Below, piece by piece: positions 1 to 12,040 of a stretch of 64,000 nt of DNA. Each line of letters begins with the position of its first letter. Positions within the stretch are counted from its first letter, which is position 1. The translations under genes and the position numbers were made by a program. The DNA comes from Vicugna vicugna (Eukaryota): assembly GCA_013265495.1 (NCBI GenBank), contig MU058636.1, positions 4,127,741 through 4,191,740 of the forward strand, given 5' to 3'. The notes below the pieces were generated by a model. That model made no database searches. It was not told the origin of the DNA and saw nothing but the letters and a program-made list of their open reading frames with translations.

Positions 1-244
1 TTAGAATTGTCTATTTAAGCATATACAGATGTCGGATTTTCTATATCTTTCTGGTAATTTAAAATTTTTATCACTAAGAAATTTTTTTTAAACAACCTCT
101 AGTAATATTTCTTGTCTTACAGTTTTCTTTATCTGACAGTCACTATCTTCTGCTTAGAGTTTGTTAGGAATATTTTCTTCTGTCCTTTTATTTTCAACCT
201 CTCTGTATTTTTATATGTAAAATGCATTTCTTAGAATCAGCATA

Positions 245-692
245 CAGATGGTCCCTTACTTAAGATGGTTTGACTTCATAATTTTTCAATTTTACAGCGG
301 TGTAAAAGTGATATGCATTCCATAGGAACCATGCTTTTTTGAATTCTGATCTTTTGCCAGGCTAGTAATACATGGTGTGACTCTCACAATGCTGGGCAGT
401 GGCAGCCACGTGGTCACGAGGGGAAACAACTGATAAACTTACAACCATTCTGTTTTCACCTGCAGTACAGTAGTCAGCAAATTACACTGAGATATTCAAC
501 ACTCTGTTGCAAAATAGGATTTCTGTCAGATGACTTTGCCCACCTGTGGGCTAATATAAGTGTTTTGAGCACGTGTAAGGTAGACTCAGCTAAGCTATGA
601 TGTTTGGTAGGTTAGGGGTAGTGAATGTATTTTTGACTTGATGTTTTCAACTTACTATGGGTTTATCGGAATGTAACCCCATTGTAAATCTG
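245..692 (-). mobile_element. Tigger5/MER47-type non-autonomous TcMar DNA transposon, inserted in an old L1M fragment
   Basis: cagat...atctg termini flanked by TA; internal sequence resembles MER47 (gctaagctatgatgtttggtaggttagg). Confidence 0.8.
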
Positions 693-887
693 TACAGTTG
701 TTTCTTACTCTCATCTGCTCTGATCAAATTTTCCCATTTGTAAAGCATTTTATTCCATTTATGTTTCTTACAATTATCTAGAAGCAAGGTATTTTTTTAA
801 GATGGTGGAATTACTTATTCTATTCATTGGCAGAGGGGACTGAAAACATAAGTGAGGGAAGGAAAGTGATGACTGCTGGGGCAAGTT

Positions 888-1345
888 CTAGAGCTGATGG
901 ATGGCAATGATACCCCGAGTCCAGCGCACAAGACAAGGGACACCTGCAGAGGAGTCCAGGGAACACTGGTCCCTATGCCAAGGGATGGTATGATACGAGT
1001 ACCATAACAAACCAGTGCTGCGCAGGGCAGTGCTAAGTAGCATGTGCAATACTTTTGTTGTTAACGTCATAATCTTTAGTTTTAGCGAAAACTAATCCAA
1101 GGGCAACCAGAGATGAGCCTGGACTGAAAAGGCCACTTTTCTGGTGTTGGTCTCTTAGAGATGGGGAGTGGGCTGCACCTGCAGCCTTGGGGGGGGTGCT
1201 CTCTCACTGCTGACATCATAACAGGCAGACTTGCAGCACAGGCCTCCAGCCCAGAGAGCCATCCCTGAGCCTCCTGTTGGCTCCAGCTGATCCAGGCATT
1301 CCCCAGGGGTGGCTGAGGACTAGGTGTCGATGATCGGCTCTTCCC
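888..1345 (-). pseudogene. Pseudo-exon remnant(s), AAA6 lid region
   Basis: NAWISWSQQ then VLHMLL..W..AIHQL resemble DNHD1-type VFWNQ, LLHGLLLHR and AMQEL; boundaries approximate. Confidence 0.4.
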
Positions 1346-1554
1346 CACCAGTGAGCTATTTTCACTGTGTGGGGGGGTTTAATACAGGCGGCACCAAAGG
1401 CTACATGTATATATATGCACATGGGCTTTTATAAAGTAGAAAAGTACTGAATTTATTAAAACTTAAAAAAAAACAGCCCTGTCTCAGATGTCACATTATC
1501 TACAGAAACAAGCAAAGTACCACGTCCTTAATGATGCCCAATGAAAACATACAC

Positions 1555-1800
1555 TGCAGTGTGTGGTATGGAAGTGTAAAGGCCTCTATTTGCAAGCTGG
1601 GTTAACTGGGTTTGAATTCTGGTTCTGTCACTTAAGAGTTGTGTAACCTTGGGCAAGTTAATCTCTCCATGACTCAGTTTTCTCTTTTGCAAAATGGGGA
1701 TGGAAACAATCCCTTGTCTTAAAAGGCTGTGGTAGCAAAGTCTCTGTAAGCCTCAATGCCCCATATAGAAAAAGCATGGTATATGTTGACTATTACTATT
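1555..1800 (+). mobile_element. MIR SINE
   Basis: MIR core gtgtaaccttgggcaagttaatctctccatgactcagttttctc. Confidence 0.8.
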
Positions 1801-1869
1801 AAATGAATTTGTTTTAGTATAAAGGAGACGCTTTAAAGTTCAAACTGTGTTACAAAGCAGCAATGTAAC

Positions 1870-2068
1870 CCTGAAAAACAACTCCACAAAATGGCCAAAT
1901 TCCAGACACAACACAATTTTGTTCTTGAATTAGAAATACTACAGCATGGGTTTCTGTACACAGGTCACGGGCCAGCTTGGGTCTCTGGGTCTCAGGAGGA
2001 CTTCTGTTGTCAATGTTTCTGCTCTAGCACATTTTTCCTCCTGGTATTTGATGTATCTTTGACAAATC
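1870..2068 (-). pseudogene. Pseudo-exon, AAA6 region
   Basis: Acceptor cctttccaag, phase 0, compatible with the upstream exon; DLSKIHQIPGGKMC*SRNIDN...VVSGIWPF (cf. DFRLWL); putative donor CAGG|gttaca. Confidence 0.45.
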
Positions 2069-2340
2069 CTTGGAAAGGCTGATGCAAACACTTCCCTCCC
2101 TAATAACTGACAGCCACGGTGATGGTGATGAGCATTGAGATCAGTCAACAAGATGCCTTGACTGGTATACCCACGTCCACCTCCTTAGCCTCAAATTGGA
2201 GACTGCATCTATGCATTTTGTCCACAATGAGTTAAAAATGAATAAGCTTTGCTCTCACATTGCTACGTGACATTTCAGAATTCAACAGCATGTAATTAGA
2301 GAAAAGTGTTCTAAACTACCAGTTTCTCTGAATATCGTAC

Positions 2341-2500
2341 CTTACAATAATTCAGAGCCCTAAGCATCTTTATCAGTTACTTTCAAATGGTTTCTTGGAG
2401 GCAGCTTGGCATCTCAGCACTGTGTGATTTTTCTCCATTTCCCTGAAAACCGCATTCAGATTCACTCCAAAGCTACTGAACTTGCATCAAAGAATTCAGC
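2341..2500 (-). pseudogene. Pseudo-exon, AAA6 region
   Basis: Strong acceptor tttctttgctctcag and donor AAG|gtacga; LNSLMQVQ*LW...LQETI*K*LIKMLRALNYCK; the three stops could each arise by C>T from CAG/CGA/CAA. Confidence 0.55.
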
Positions 2501-3735
2501 CTGAGAGCAAAGAAATGGCCTTTTCAATAAAAGTGATAAAAATAACTTAAATTTCCAGGGTGCCTTTCTTCTGAAAAACTCATAAAGTCTTTACATGATT
2601 TGGTGAAAGGATTTTATCCAGAAGGGATGGCATTTGATTGATAAAGTTTCTCAAAGTTTAAATGTATTTCTGAATATCTTCCTCACCTTTTGTTGCTGTG
2701 TTTTCAGAAATAACACATTTCAATTTAACTTATTATGACACATACTCTTTTTTTTTTTAAACCAGTGTAAGAGTGGAGTCACTTTTCTTAGTTCTCCATG
2801 GTTCAGTTTCTCTGGATAACACTTTGTTCCCAAGCCCCTTCTTGCTCAGCCACTCCTTACTTCATGCTGCCATTTCATCTGGGGTATTCCCAGCTGGGGC
2901 TGATGAACTGTCACAGTGCCCATGAACTAGGGCTCTGGGCCCCAATTAATAGCCTTATTTTTTACTAGAATGTCATATTCCACTGCCTAACGTTCAGACC
3001 TCCGGGCCTGGCTCTTCCAGGAAATTGAATCCCTTGTTTCCTCCCATCTTACCTACACTCCTACCCCTCTGTGTGCCTTGCACGTGTATTTGTTTGTGAT
3101 GTTAGGGGGCTCAGCTTATACTCCTACACCCCTGAGTTCTTAACTTCTTAATGTCTTTCAACATTAATCTCATCCACATTATCCAAATTGTCCAACTCTG
3201 CTTTAATTGTATACTATAAAACAAGAATTTCTATTTTTCAGAATCTTTATTTTTTTTCTATTATAAGCAATATAAGCTCATTGTAAATGAAAGTTAAACA
3301 TTCCATATGTAACTCCATTTCAAGGAGATTAACAATGACCATGTTTTTTTCAGTTGTTTTTGACTTTTTATAAAAGATCAAAATTGGGATCATAACTAAT
3401 AGAATGAAGTTTAAGAAAAATCAGAACCAAAAGGACTGGTGCATTGAGCATCATGCACCAAGTATTTATAGACTTTCTATTGATTTAAAAATTTTGTATA
3501 ATTTTGTGAACATTTTCCCAGGGGTTATTACTTTAAAAAAAAAACTCTCTCAAAACTGCATGAGTTCACTGTTTGAAAGTACTGAGGGTTTGGGTTCTCC
3601 TAAGTGCTCACAAAACTTCAGCAGCTGAATGATGGCATGTGTTGTCTGTGACTTCGAAGGAAAGACAGTAATAGCAGACCATGGTCCCTGGAAAGTAAAG
3701 GGACAGTTAGAAATGTAGCAAACTCTGGGATTATG

Positions 3736-3900
3736 TGTATCAGTCAGGGCTCTCCAGAACAGAACCAATAGGAGATGACAGATAGACAGATACATACATA
3801 CATATTAAAGAAATTGGCTCGTGTAATGGAGGGAGCTGGCAAGTCTGCAGACCTGCAGGCTAGAAACTCAGGCAGGGTTTGTATGTTACAGTCTTGAGGT
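3736..3900 (-). mobile_element. MLT2 (ERVL) LTR fragment
   Basis: tgtatcagtcagggctctccagaacagaaccaatagga..aaattggctc terminus. Confidence 0.75.
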
Positions 3901-4486
3901 GAGGGAAATGGAATTCTGCGCCCCAATTAGTCACTCAGCAATCTCTTAAATAACTGTTTTCTTGTATAGTCTACCATCAGTCAATTAAAGACCAAAGGTC
4001 CAGAAGGTGTTGTCTTGACCAAAAGTAAACTGTCTTGACCAAAAACTGAAGAACAATCCAGAACTTGGAGAAGTGCCTAAAGTCAAGTATTCCTTCCTGG
4101 TTCTACTACTGAATCTGTGTCAATTTAAATAACTTCCATTTCTAAATGATTCCCACTTTGAAAGGCCAAAACTCACACTGAAATCAATCAACATTAATCA
4201 TTACCAAACTTTTAAAGAACAGGTTAATTCTGTCCTGTTAAACTGTCCAACAACATAAAAAGATGAAAATCTTCCCAAGCAGCCAAAGATTTAGGCTTCA
4301 AGAAGCCTCTGGCCACGTCAGTGTCTTCACTGCTACCATGAGAGCTGGGAGCAAATCAGACCCTCCATAAATGCTTACTGCTCTGAACAAAATATCTCAG
4401 AAAGAAAATTTCAGAATAATCTACATTATGAAGTGCATGGGAAAAAACGTCTCTACAAGCATTAGCAAGGGGAGTTCAGGACTTAC

Positions 4487-4803
4487 TTGCCCAGGTGCTG
4501 GCACAGAGAAAGCAGAGTTGGTACCATCTAGGGATTGTATTTGTCTGAGCAAGTCAGAAGAAATGGAAAATGGATAAGAGAGTTTAAGGCTTGGGCAAGA
4601 GTGGGATGGAGATGTCCTGCCATAAAATTTAAACCGCAGAGAAAGAGGGACATAAAAAGAGGTGGGGCTGGTTGATGAAGAGAAGACAAATCCTCTGTGA
4701 GCCAGGGGCCCTGCTGACAGCTCCGAGGTGGAGTCACGGGTATTGTGTCCTGGCAGCACGCACTCCACAGGGCACGGGTCTTCACCAGAAGGTGAAGAAT
4801 GAT
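4487..4803 (-). pseudogene. Pseudo-exon, start of AAA6
   Basis: Acceptor atcatctctag and donor CAA|gtaagt; IILHLLVKTRALW...HFPFLLTCSDKYNP*MVPTLLSLCQHLG (cf. QKLLLLR..PLIFILS..DP); ends in phase 2, matching the 2341-2500 exon. Confidence 0.55.
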
Positions 4804-4861
4804 CTAGAGATGATTTTCAGGAGTGGGGAGAACAATGAGCTCATTGCCTGATCACTTAGAT

Positions 4862-5288
4862 CATTGTTCTAAGTGAAGTAAGCCAGAAAGAGAAACAAAA
4901 TACCATATTACATCATTCATATGTGGAATCTAAAAAAAAAAAAAAGAAAAGAAAGGACACTAATGAACTCATCTACAAAACAGAAACAGACTCACAGGCA
5001 TAGTAAACAATCTTATGGCTACCAGGGGGAAAGAGGGTGGGAAGGGATAAACTTGGGAGTCTGAGATTTGCAAATGTTAACCACTATATATAAAAATAGA
5101 TAAAAAATGAATTTCTTCTGTTTAGCACAGGGAACTATATTCAACATCTTAATAAACCTTAATGAAAAAGAATATGAAAACAAATATATATGCATGACTG
5201 GGACATTATCCTGTATACCAGAAATTGACACACTATAACTAACTATACTTCAATTAAAAAAAATTACTTTGCTAAGTTAAAAAAAAAA
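4862..5288 (+). mobile_element. 5'-truncated LINE-1 3' end
   Basis: ORF2 end ctaagtgaagtaagccagaaagag..ggaatctaa, 3'UTR and A tail. Confidence 0.9.
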
Positions 5289-5297
5289 GTTGCTTAC

Positions 5298-5881
5298 TTA
5301 GTAAAGTCTTTTCTCCCCCTGCAGATAAATATAAAGGAACATCTCAGTTCTGTGCCCTTTCAAAAGATTTTGAATTTTAAGTTGGAGATTTTTTGAAAGT
5401 TAGTTGAACTTTAATAAAAAGATTTCCTGGCTATTACAGACAACTTTACAACACCTTCTTTGGCAGTGGACAAACAGATCCTGTCTCTTTACCACTGTTG
5501 CCCTTGCTCTGGGAATGCTGGATGCATCGCCAGACTGCAGAAAGCTATTTGTGAGAGTCTTACTGAGTTACTGTCATTCCCTGTGGAAGGATGCATCTAA
5601 GGAAGTAGCAAATTCTCACATCACCCAATTCTTGTCACTTGACAAGGACCAGGGAATTAAAAGCAAACCATCAATGAATGAATCTATCACTGGGCAAAAC
5701 ATCTCAGATCACTACTGAACTATTTCTCAAAAAGAAGTTTGTGAACTGAGGTTTAGAGTTCTACCAGCATGTTAGATTTTAACCATAAGAAGCATCCATC
5801 ATGCACTTCATGGAGTACAAGGCTGGACCTGGTGTTGCTCCTGAGCACTGGTTTCCAGCCACACAATGGCAGTGATCCACA
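5298..5881 (-). pseudogene. Pseudo-exon between AAA5 and AAA6
   Basis: Acceptor ttttccttatag and donor |gtaagc; TSVHKLLFEK (cf. dynein NVCRSLFEK) and FCSLAMHPAF..W. Confidence 0.55.
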
Positions 5882-7092
5882 CTATAAGGAAAACCACAGC
5901 ATGCAGACCTCACCATCAGAGACAGGCAGCAATGTGGGGGTGTAACAGAGCATAACCAATTTTTAACGATCACAGTTTAACACAGAAAAATGAGCAAAAT
6001 ATCTGATGGGAAGGAGGATGGGAGGTCTGAAAGCTTTGGGGAGAGTAGGAGGAGAGCTCTGAAGGACAGCCTGGGATAAGATATTTAGCCATTAAAGGTG
6101 AAATTACTACCTTCTTCTAGGAAATGAGTCAAGATTTGGAAGAAGAGGTGAAAGTTTTATGACATGTTGGAGCAGAGGGAAAGAGCTTAATGAACTGTGG
6201 AGTGGTATGAAGAGGTGTTTCAAATGTTCATGAACTGAATCTCTCAGGACCAAGGAGCTCCATCTAGCACAAGCTTGCCTGGTGCAAATGTTATGGTTTA
6301 AATATTGCCCAATACTTGATGTGTTAGAACATACTGTACCCTTCATTTGAGAAGGCCAGTTTCATTCATCTCCTTCCCGAATCTCAGGGAACCATGTGGC
6401 TGACTCTCACCCACCCCCAACCTTTTCCAGGAGCCCACTTCCCCACTTTTCAGGCATACTGGACCATTCCACAAATCTAGACATACTTTCAATGGTTTCT
6501 GTGCACATGCTCTTGAGGGTGTTACTCCCTCTCTTGAAACACCCTTCTTTTTGGCCCTTTTTAATGCTTATTGAATGCCAGCGCTTTACAAAGATTCCAT
6601 GATCCTTCTAATTTGATTGTAATCACCTCCTCCTGTGGACATCTATAACATTTTCTACTTGTGATGAAATTCAAGCCATTTCATCATACATTAAGTTTAT
6701 CTTGCCCCAATCTGTCCCAATTTCCAACAGATTATTAAACTTTTTGAATACATGGATTATTTTGATTTTCTCTGGATCCTTGCCTGTACCTAGCACAACT
6801 CTTGCAAGCAGAATGTTCATAATAAGTAGTTATTGAATAATACTGACTCAATATTTGCTGAATGACACTGGATCAATGCTATGAAAATGGATCCCTTTGT
6901 GTGGGAACTCTTTTACTGAAAAGTGGGGCCAGGGTTCCATATAGCATGGGATTATTGGCGCTGGATTATAAGTAGGGGTAGGGGGTATTTGGTGCTAGGG
7001 TTGCAAGATATGGTGCTAAGGGAATTCACAAGACAGTATCTCAGGGTAAAGCCCAAGCTGAGAATGAAAGATAGTCCAAAAGGAGTATCACC

Positions 7093-7686
7093 CACTCCTG
7101 GACATATACCCAGAGAGAAGCTTAATTTAAAAAGATACATGCATCCCAATGTTCACAGCAGCACTATTTACAATAGCCAAGACATGGAAACAGCCTAAAT
7201 GTCCACTGACAGATGACTGGATAAAGAAGTTGTGCTTTATTTATACAATGGAATACTACTCAGCCATTTGCAGCAACATAGATGGACATGGAGATTGTCA
7301 TTCTAAGTGAAGTAAGCCAGAAAAAGAAAGAAAAATACCATATCACTCATATGTGGAATCTTAAAAAAAAAAAAGACGAACTTATTTACAAAACAGAAAG
7401 AAATTCACAGACATAGAAAACAAACTTATAGTTACCAGGGTGGGAAGGGGGAGGGAAGGGATAAATTGGGAGTTCGAAATCTGCAGATACTAATATATAT
7501 AAAATAAAATTACAAGGTCCTACTGTATGGTACAGGAAACTACATTCAGTATCTTATAGTAACCTATGGTGAAAAAGAATATGAAAATGAATATATGTAT
7601 GTTTACGTATGACTGAAGCACTATGCTGTACACCAGAAACTGACACAACATTGTAAACTCACTATACATCAATAAAAATATATGTA
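7093..7686 (+). mobile_element. 5'-truncated LINE-1 with 16-bp TSD
   Basis: ORF2 C-terminus and 3'UTR; TSD caaaaggagtatcacc at 7077-7092 and 7687-7702. Confidence 0.9.
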
Positions 7687-7701
7687 CAAAAGGAGTATCA
7701 C

Positions 7702-8076
7702 CTGTAAAGGAGCAACCAACAGCTCACCAAGATGGAATAAACAGGTTGGGCAGAGGAATGGCTAGAAGGTATGGATGAGGAGTCTTCCTTCAGTCACTGG
7801 AGTAAAAAGATTGGAATCCAGTTGAAGGACTGAGTGGCATGAGCTCCTTATGACACTCTCCTCCTTGGTTGTTTCATCCAGTGAGATTTCAAACCAGTGT
7901 TTGGCACTGTCTCAGTTCAGGCGTCTTCAGTATAGTCTGGAAGATGTTCTTACCAGCTGGTCTGCACTGGGTCATCTTAACGACCCAGTTAGAGTCGGGT
8001 TTCCTTAACCTTTCCTTTAACAGTAAGCTTTCAAAGTGTTCTTCCAGTGCTCTGCTATCTGTAACTTGCTACAACT
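7702..8076 (-). pseudogene. Pseudo-exon, AAA5 C-terminal/buttress region
   Basis: Acceptor ccctgttcacag; SRALEEHFESLLLKERLRKPD (cf. GLEDQLL.VV.KERPDLE); FTPVTEGRLLI (cf. YRPVA..GSLL); 3' end lies in an L1 TSD. Confidence 0.6.
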
Positions 8077-8809
8077 CTGTGAACAGGGTGAGCAGCTTTC
8101 TCTAACCCTCATCTGAATGAGCGGGCTGGGCATTCACAGGTGACTTTTCCTGTCAGTGACAGTCGGTGAACTTGCCCAGCCTCCTAGAATTTGATTGTCA
8201 AGTTGGGTCTTTGGAATTTGATTTTTTTTTTTTGCTCTAGATCTAGCAATTATGATGAGGTATGGTGAAAAGAGTTCTGAAAGTAAACACTTAGTGTAAG
8301 TGCCACTTTTTTCACTGAAAAACTCTGTAGTTTGTCTCTCTGGGCTTCAAACACCTTGCTTTTAAAATGAGATAATAATGTCAAGTAACCCTATTTGTAA
8401 AGTCCTGAAAGTAGTGAACTGGACATTTGGGTTCTTGAGGTTTTTCTCTTTAATTACTTAAGTTGATTAGTATTTCCTGAGCACCAGTGTGTGGGAGACC
8501 CCGGACTGAAGTGCGTACACTTGATGCTTTGGGCCACTTATCCCACTGGGCAATCTGTCTTGAGGTACTGGTGCTTTCCACAGTCTAACAAGTCTCTGCA
8601 ATCTAGAAAATATCAATAGTGAAATCATAGGTATCTGTTGCATTACTTTATAAGTGTTTCTGTAAAATGAAGATGATAGAAAGCACTACTTGGTGAGGCT
8701 GTGCCAAGGATGAAATGAGTGTGATTTAGAAGGGATCTGTGAACTGTGAGTGCCAGGCTATGCTGAAGATGAGGTCCTGAATACAATGAGACAATAAAGT
8801 CTAAAGCTT

Positions 8810-9385
8810 TTCTGACAGTTTGGCTGTGGGTTGTGGGAGAAGGAGCGGTGTCAAAGATGAGTCCAAGGACTTTGGTCTGGGCAGCTGGAAGGATCAGGCT
8901 GCCATTACTAAGACGGGTAGATGGTGGGAAGGGCTGGATTTGGAGGGATAGTCAGGAGTTGAACTTTTGGACATGTTAAGTTTGAGATGTCTGGTAGATA
9001 TCCAAGAGGAGATATCAGTTTGACGGGGAAAAGTTCAGGCTTGAGACAAAAATGTAAAAATCTTCAGCATACACATGGTATTTATAATAGCCAAGACATT
9101 AGGTGAGATCACCAAGGAGGTGACTACAGATGGAGAAGAGGTCCAAATACTAAGCTGTGAGGCACTCCAGTGTTTAGAGGTCATGGAGGTGAGGAAGAAT
9201 CATCAAAGGAGACTAAAGAGGAATAGACCCTAAGGCAGAAACCAAACTAAGGGGCCAAGGGACGAAGTTTTACAAGAATAGGAAGTGATCAACGTTTCAA
9301 ATGTCACTGAAAGGTCAAGTAAGATGAAGCTGTAGAACTGACTGCCTGGTTTGGCAACATGGAGGCCATTACTGACCATGATTGG
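8810..9385. mobile_element. L2 LINE fragment
   Basis: Typical L2 sequence ttttggacatgttaagtttgagatgtct..gtcaagtaagatga. Confidence 0.75.
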
Positions 9386-9599
9386 ACAGCGTGTCCTATA
9401 TCCAGATTATAAAAGCAATGCTATACATTAATTCGTTTGCATTTCTTTCTATATTGCTGATACAGTATACCATTTTCTTTTGGACAAAGAGTATTATGTC
9501 TCACTCATTTCTGTGTTCTGACGTAGAGCAGGTGCTTAACAAATGTTTGTGAAATGAATGTGCAGATAAGTGAAAACAAATGTTTTAGGTATATGCCTA

Positions 9600-9977
9600 T
9601 GATATCCACTGTAAAGCTGCCAACACTTTAGAACTGTTGGGCCAGAAAGGTCTGTTACCAGGCAAGACTGTACTTGAATCACCCAGGAATGCAGATGACT
9701 ATCTTATTCTTAATGACACTATCATTCTGTAAGTCTAATTTTTGCATACAATCATCATCATCATCCAATATCTGCGTTCTGGCAATTTTTCTCTTATAGT
9801 TCATCTCTCAATCAAATACATAAATGGAAAGAGCTACAGTTACTTGCTTTTTCTCCATGGGATCCTTCTTAGTTTGGGTTAAGTCTGTTTGACTTTGCAC
9901 ATCTGGCAGTCCACTCTCTTATAAAGCACCTTCTTGCCCTGCACTCCTGCAGGCCCAAGACCTTTTTCTATGAGAAG
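9600..9977 (-). pseudogene. Pseudo-exon(s), AAA5 core
   Basis: Acceptor tttattttaag; LGPAGVQGKKVLYKRVD (cf. LENAI.FGKPVLLENV) and FLGDSSTV (cf. LGDSTIEY); 3' end approximate. Confidence 0.55.
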
Positions 9978-10221
9978 CTTAAAATAAAGTTTTCTCACCT
10001 ACCAGTCTTTCTTCTTTAAACCCTGAGGTTAGTGACCTCAAACTACTTATGGCTGGTAGGTGAATAAGAATCACATAGGGAAGCTCTTTAAACTAGATCT
10101 TCCCTGGTCTTAGCCTGACCTGCAGTATCAAGATCTCCAGGAGAGAGGTCTGATTCTCAAGGCGATTCTGATGCAGATTCAGGCTACAAACTTGAGAGAC
10201 TCAACCCTACAGCGAGATGAG

Positions 10222-10253
10222 CTGCAACTGTTACTTTCACCACTAGATGTCAG
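10222..10253 (+). promoter_or_regulatory. Candidate CTCF site
   Basis: Core ccactagatgtcag with an upstream ctgcaa element; KLF/SP-like ccacgcccctcccc about 40 bp downstream; motif match only. Confidence 0.35.
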
Positions 10254-10859
10254 GCTTTTACTCCCCACTCTGGTTAGAGCACAAAAAACTAGCCACGCCC
10301 CTCCCCTCTCCAACTCCCACCTCAAAGGAAATTCAGTACGTTTTGGGCCTGAGCGCAAGGATAGGTATTTTCATATGCATTATCCCACTAAGCCTCACAA
10401 CTACACTGCAGTTTCTCCATCTGTAAATTATCCCCAATTTATAGATGGAGAAACTGAGGCCCAGTGGCATAACACAGTAGCTGGTTGAACTGGGGTAACT
10501 CCAAAGCCCATGTCCTTCCCATTTAACCATGCTGTCTTAATATTGTTGGTTTAGACAATTAACTGTCTTGCATAAAGGAGGAGTTGGGTAAGTACTTGTT
10601 TAACACATTAACTAACAGACAAAAAACAAAAAATTTAAGCCTAGGAGCAGATGCAGGTGAAATCTCTAGGTTCCTTTCAAAGCAATTTTATTACAATAAT
10701 TTATCATTATTTCTATTCTCATAAAAGGGCAAGGAGAAATAAAGAGAGTTAAATGTGCTATCTTTTAAATTTCCTGATAGTCTTTGGAGATGAGTAAGCC
10801 AAAGTCTAATGTCGGACATGCAAAAAATATAAGCCTATTATACAGGATGATACACCCAC

Positions 10860-11196
10860 CTATAAAAACGTGGTATCGTGAAGCTCAAAAGAATGAGGCC
10901 CATCTGGAGCTGTGGCTCCTGACTGTGTCCCTCTGAGGCTTCCATCCCAGGAGGTGCGTCAGGAGCCTCCTTAGTGTATGGTGAGTACATGTGTGAAAGG
11001 AGAGGCGTCAAGGACAGATCAAAGGGAGCGGACAGTGAGGCCCTTCAGCCATTTCAACAAGAACACCCACATTTTACTGACTTTATGTGTCGGTACTTCA
11101 AAAAAGTTTCAGTTTTTAAACGTGGCTTCTACCACCATTAACAAGTGGGAACTGCTGACTCGTAAGCAATTGTAATATTCTGTGTAGAATTTTCAC
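10860..11196 (-). pseudogene. Pseudo-exon, AAA5 start
   Basis: Acceptor gctaatgcag; ENSTQNITIA / SQQFPLVNG (cf. S.ENA.I...RWPLMIDP); ends ELHDTTFL* at donor AG|gtgggt. Confidence 0.5.
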
Positions 11197-11925
11197 CTGC
11201 ATTAGCAACATGTTAAATAAAATACTTTGCATTTATTCTTAAGATTTTTCAGTTAAGGAAAAACTGTTTAAAATTATCAAGAAAAAAAGAAAATAAGGCA
11301 CCAAAACAATTATCTTGAAAATTCAAAAACTGTTTAAGAAGAAAGGTCCAGAAAGAAGTGTTCTCCTACCCATTCTGTTATTTTTTGTTTGTTTCTGTTA
11401 AAAGCAAATAGGACGCATGGAACACAAATGATGGGTGGGACTAAAAACGAAACAGCATACTCTTTAGCAACTCTGTCCTGAACCAGGGTCATGATTCTGC
11501 GAGCGAGGACATATGAGGGCCTGTAACGCGCATGTAGGAGGGGAATGGCATGGTGGGGTTGTAAGCTGGTTGCTGAGTATTCCTAACTTCCCTCCTCCCA
11601 CTGTGCCCAGATTTTAGAGTGTTAGGAAGGAGCTATCATAAAGAGTGGGGTCAGTACATAAGCTTGTATGATTCGTACCGTGTTTCCCTTTCTGAGATGC
11701 TTAGGATCAAAAAGGTTGGGCAGGGTGGGGTAGTTAGAAAAAAGTCAATGTTGAATATAAGTCTGGAAACACAATGGTTGGAACAAACTGGAACCACATT
11801 TCCATCATCAGAGTCCAATAACCAAAAGAAACAATTTTCTCCTCCTTGGGAACTAGATTCTCCCCAGAGTCTTGGGAAGGCCAAGGGGAACATTCAGACC
11901 ATCTGCCTCCAGGCAAGGCTATGAC

Positions 11926-12040
11926 CGTCTCTGACAGTCCTTCTTCCACTGGAACTGCACTCTGTCGGTTTCATTCCTTCACAGGGATGGAAAGTGACAG
12001 CACTATTTCCTGAAGATTTTGCAAAAACCCCAAACCTCCC
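11926..12040 (-). pseudogene. Pseudo-exon just before AAA5
   Basis: Acceptor atatttaccag; ETDRVQFQWKKD (cf. SESEQYQW / D.AEI..W...GLP). Confidence 0.4.
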
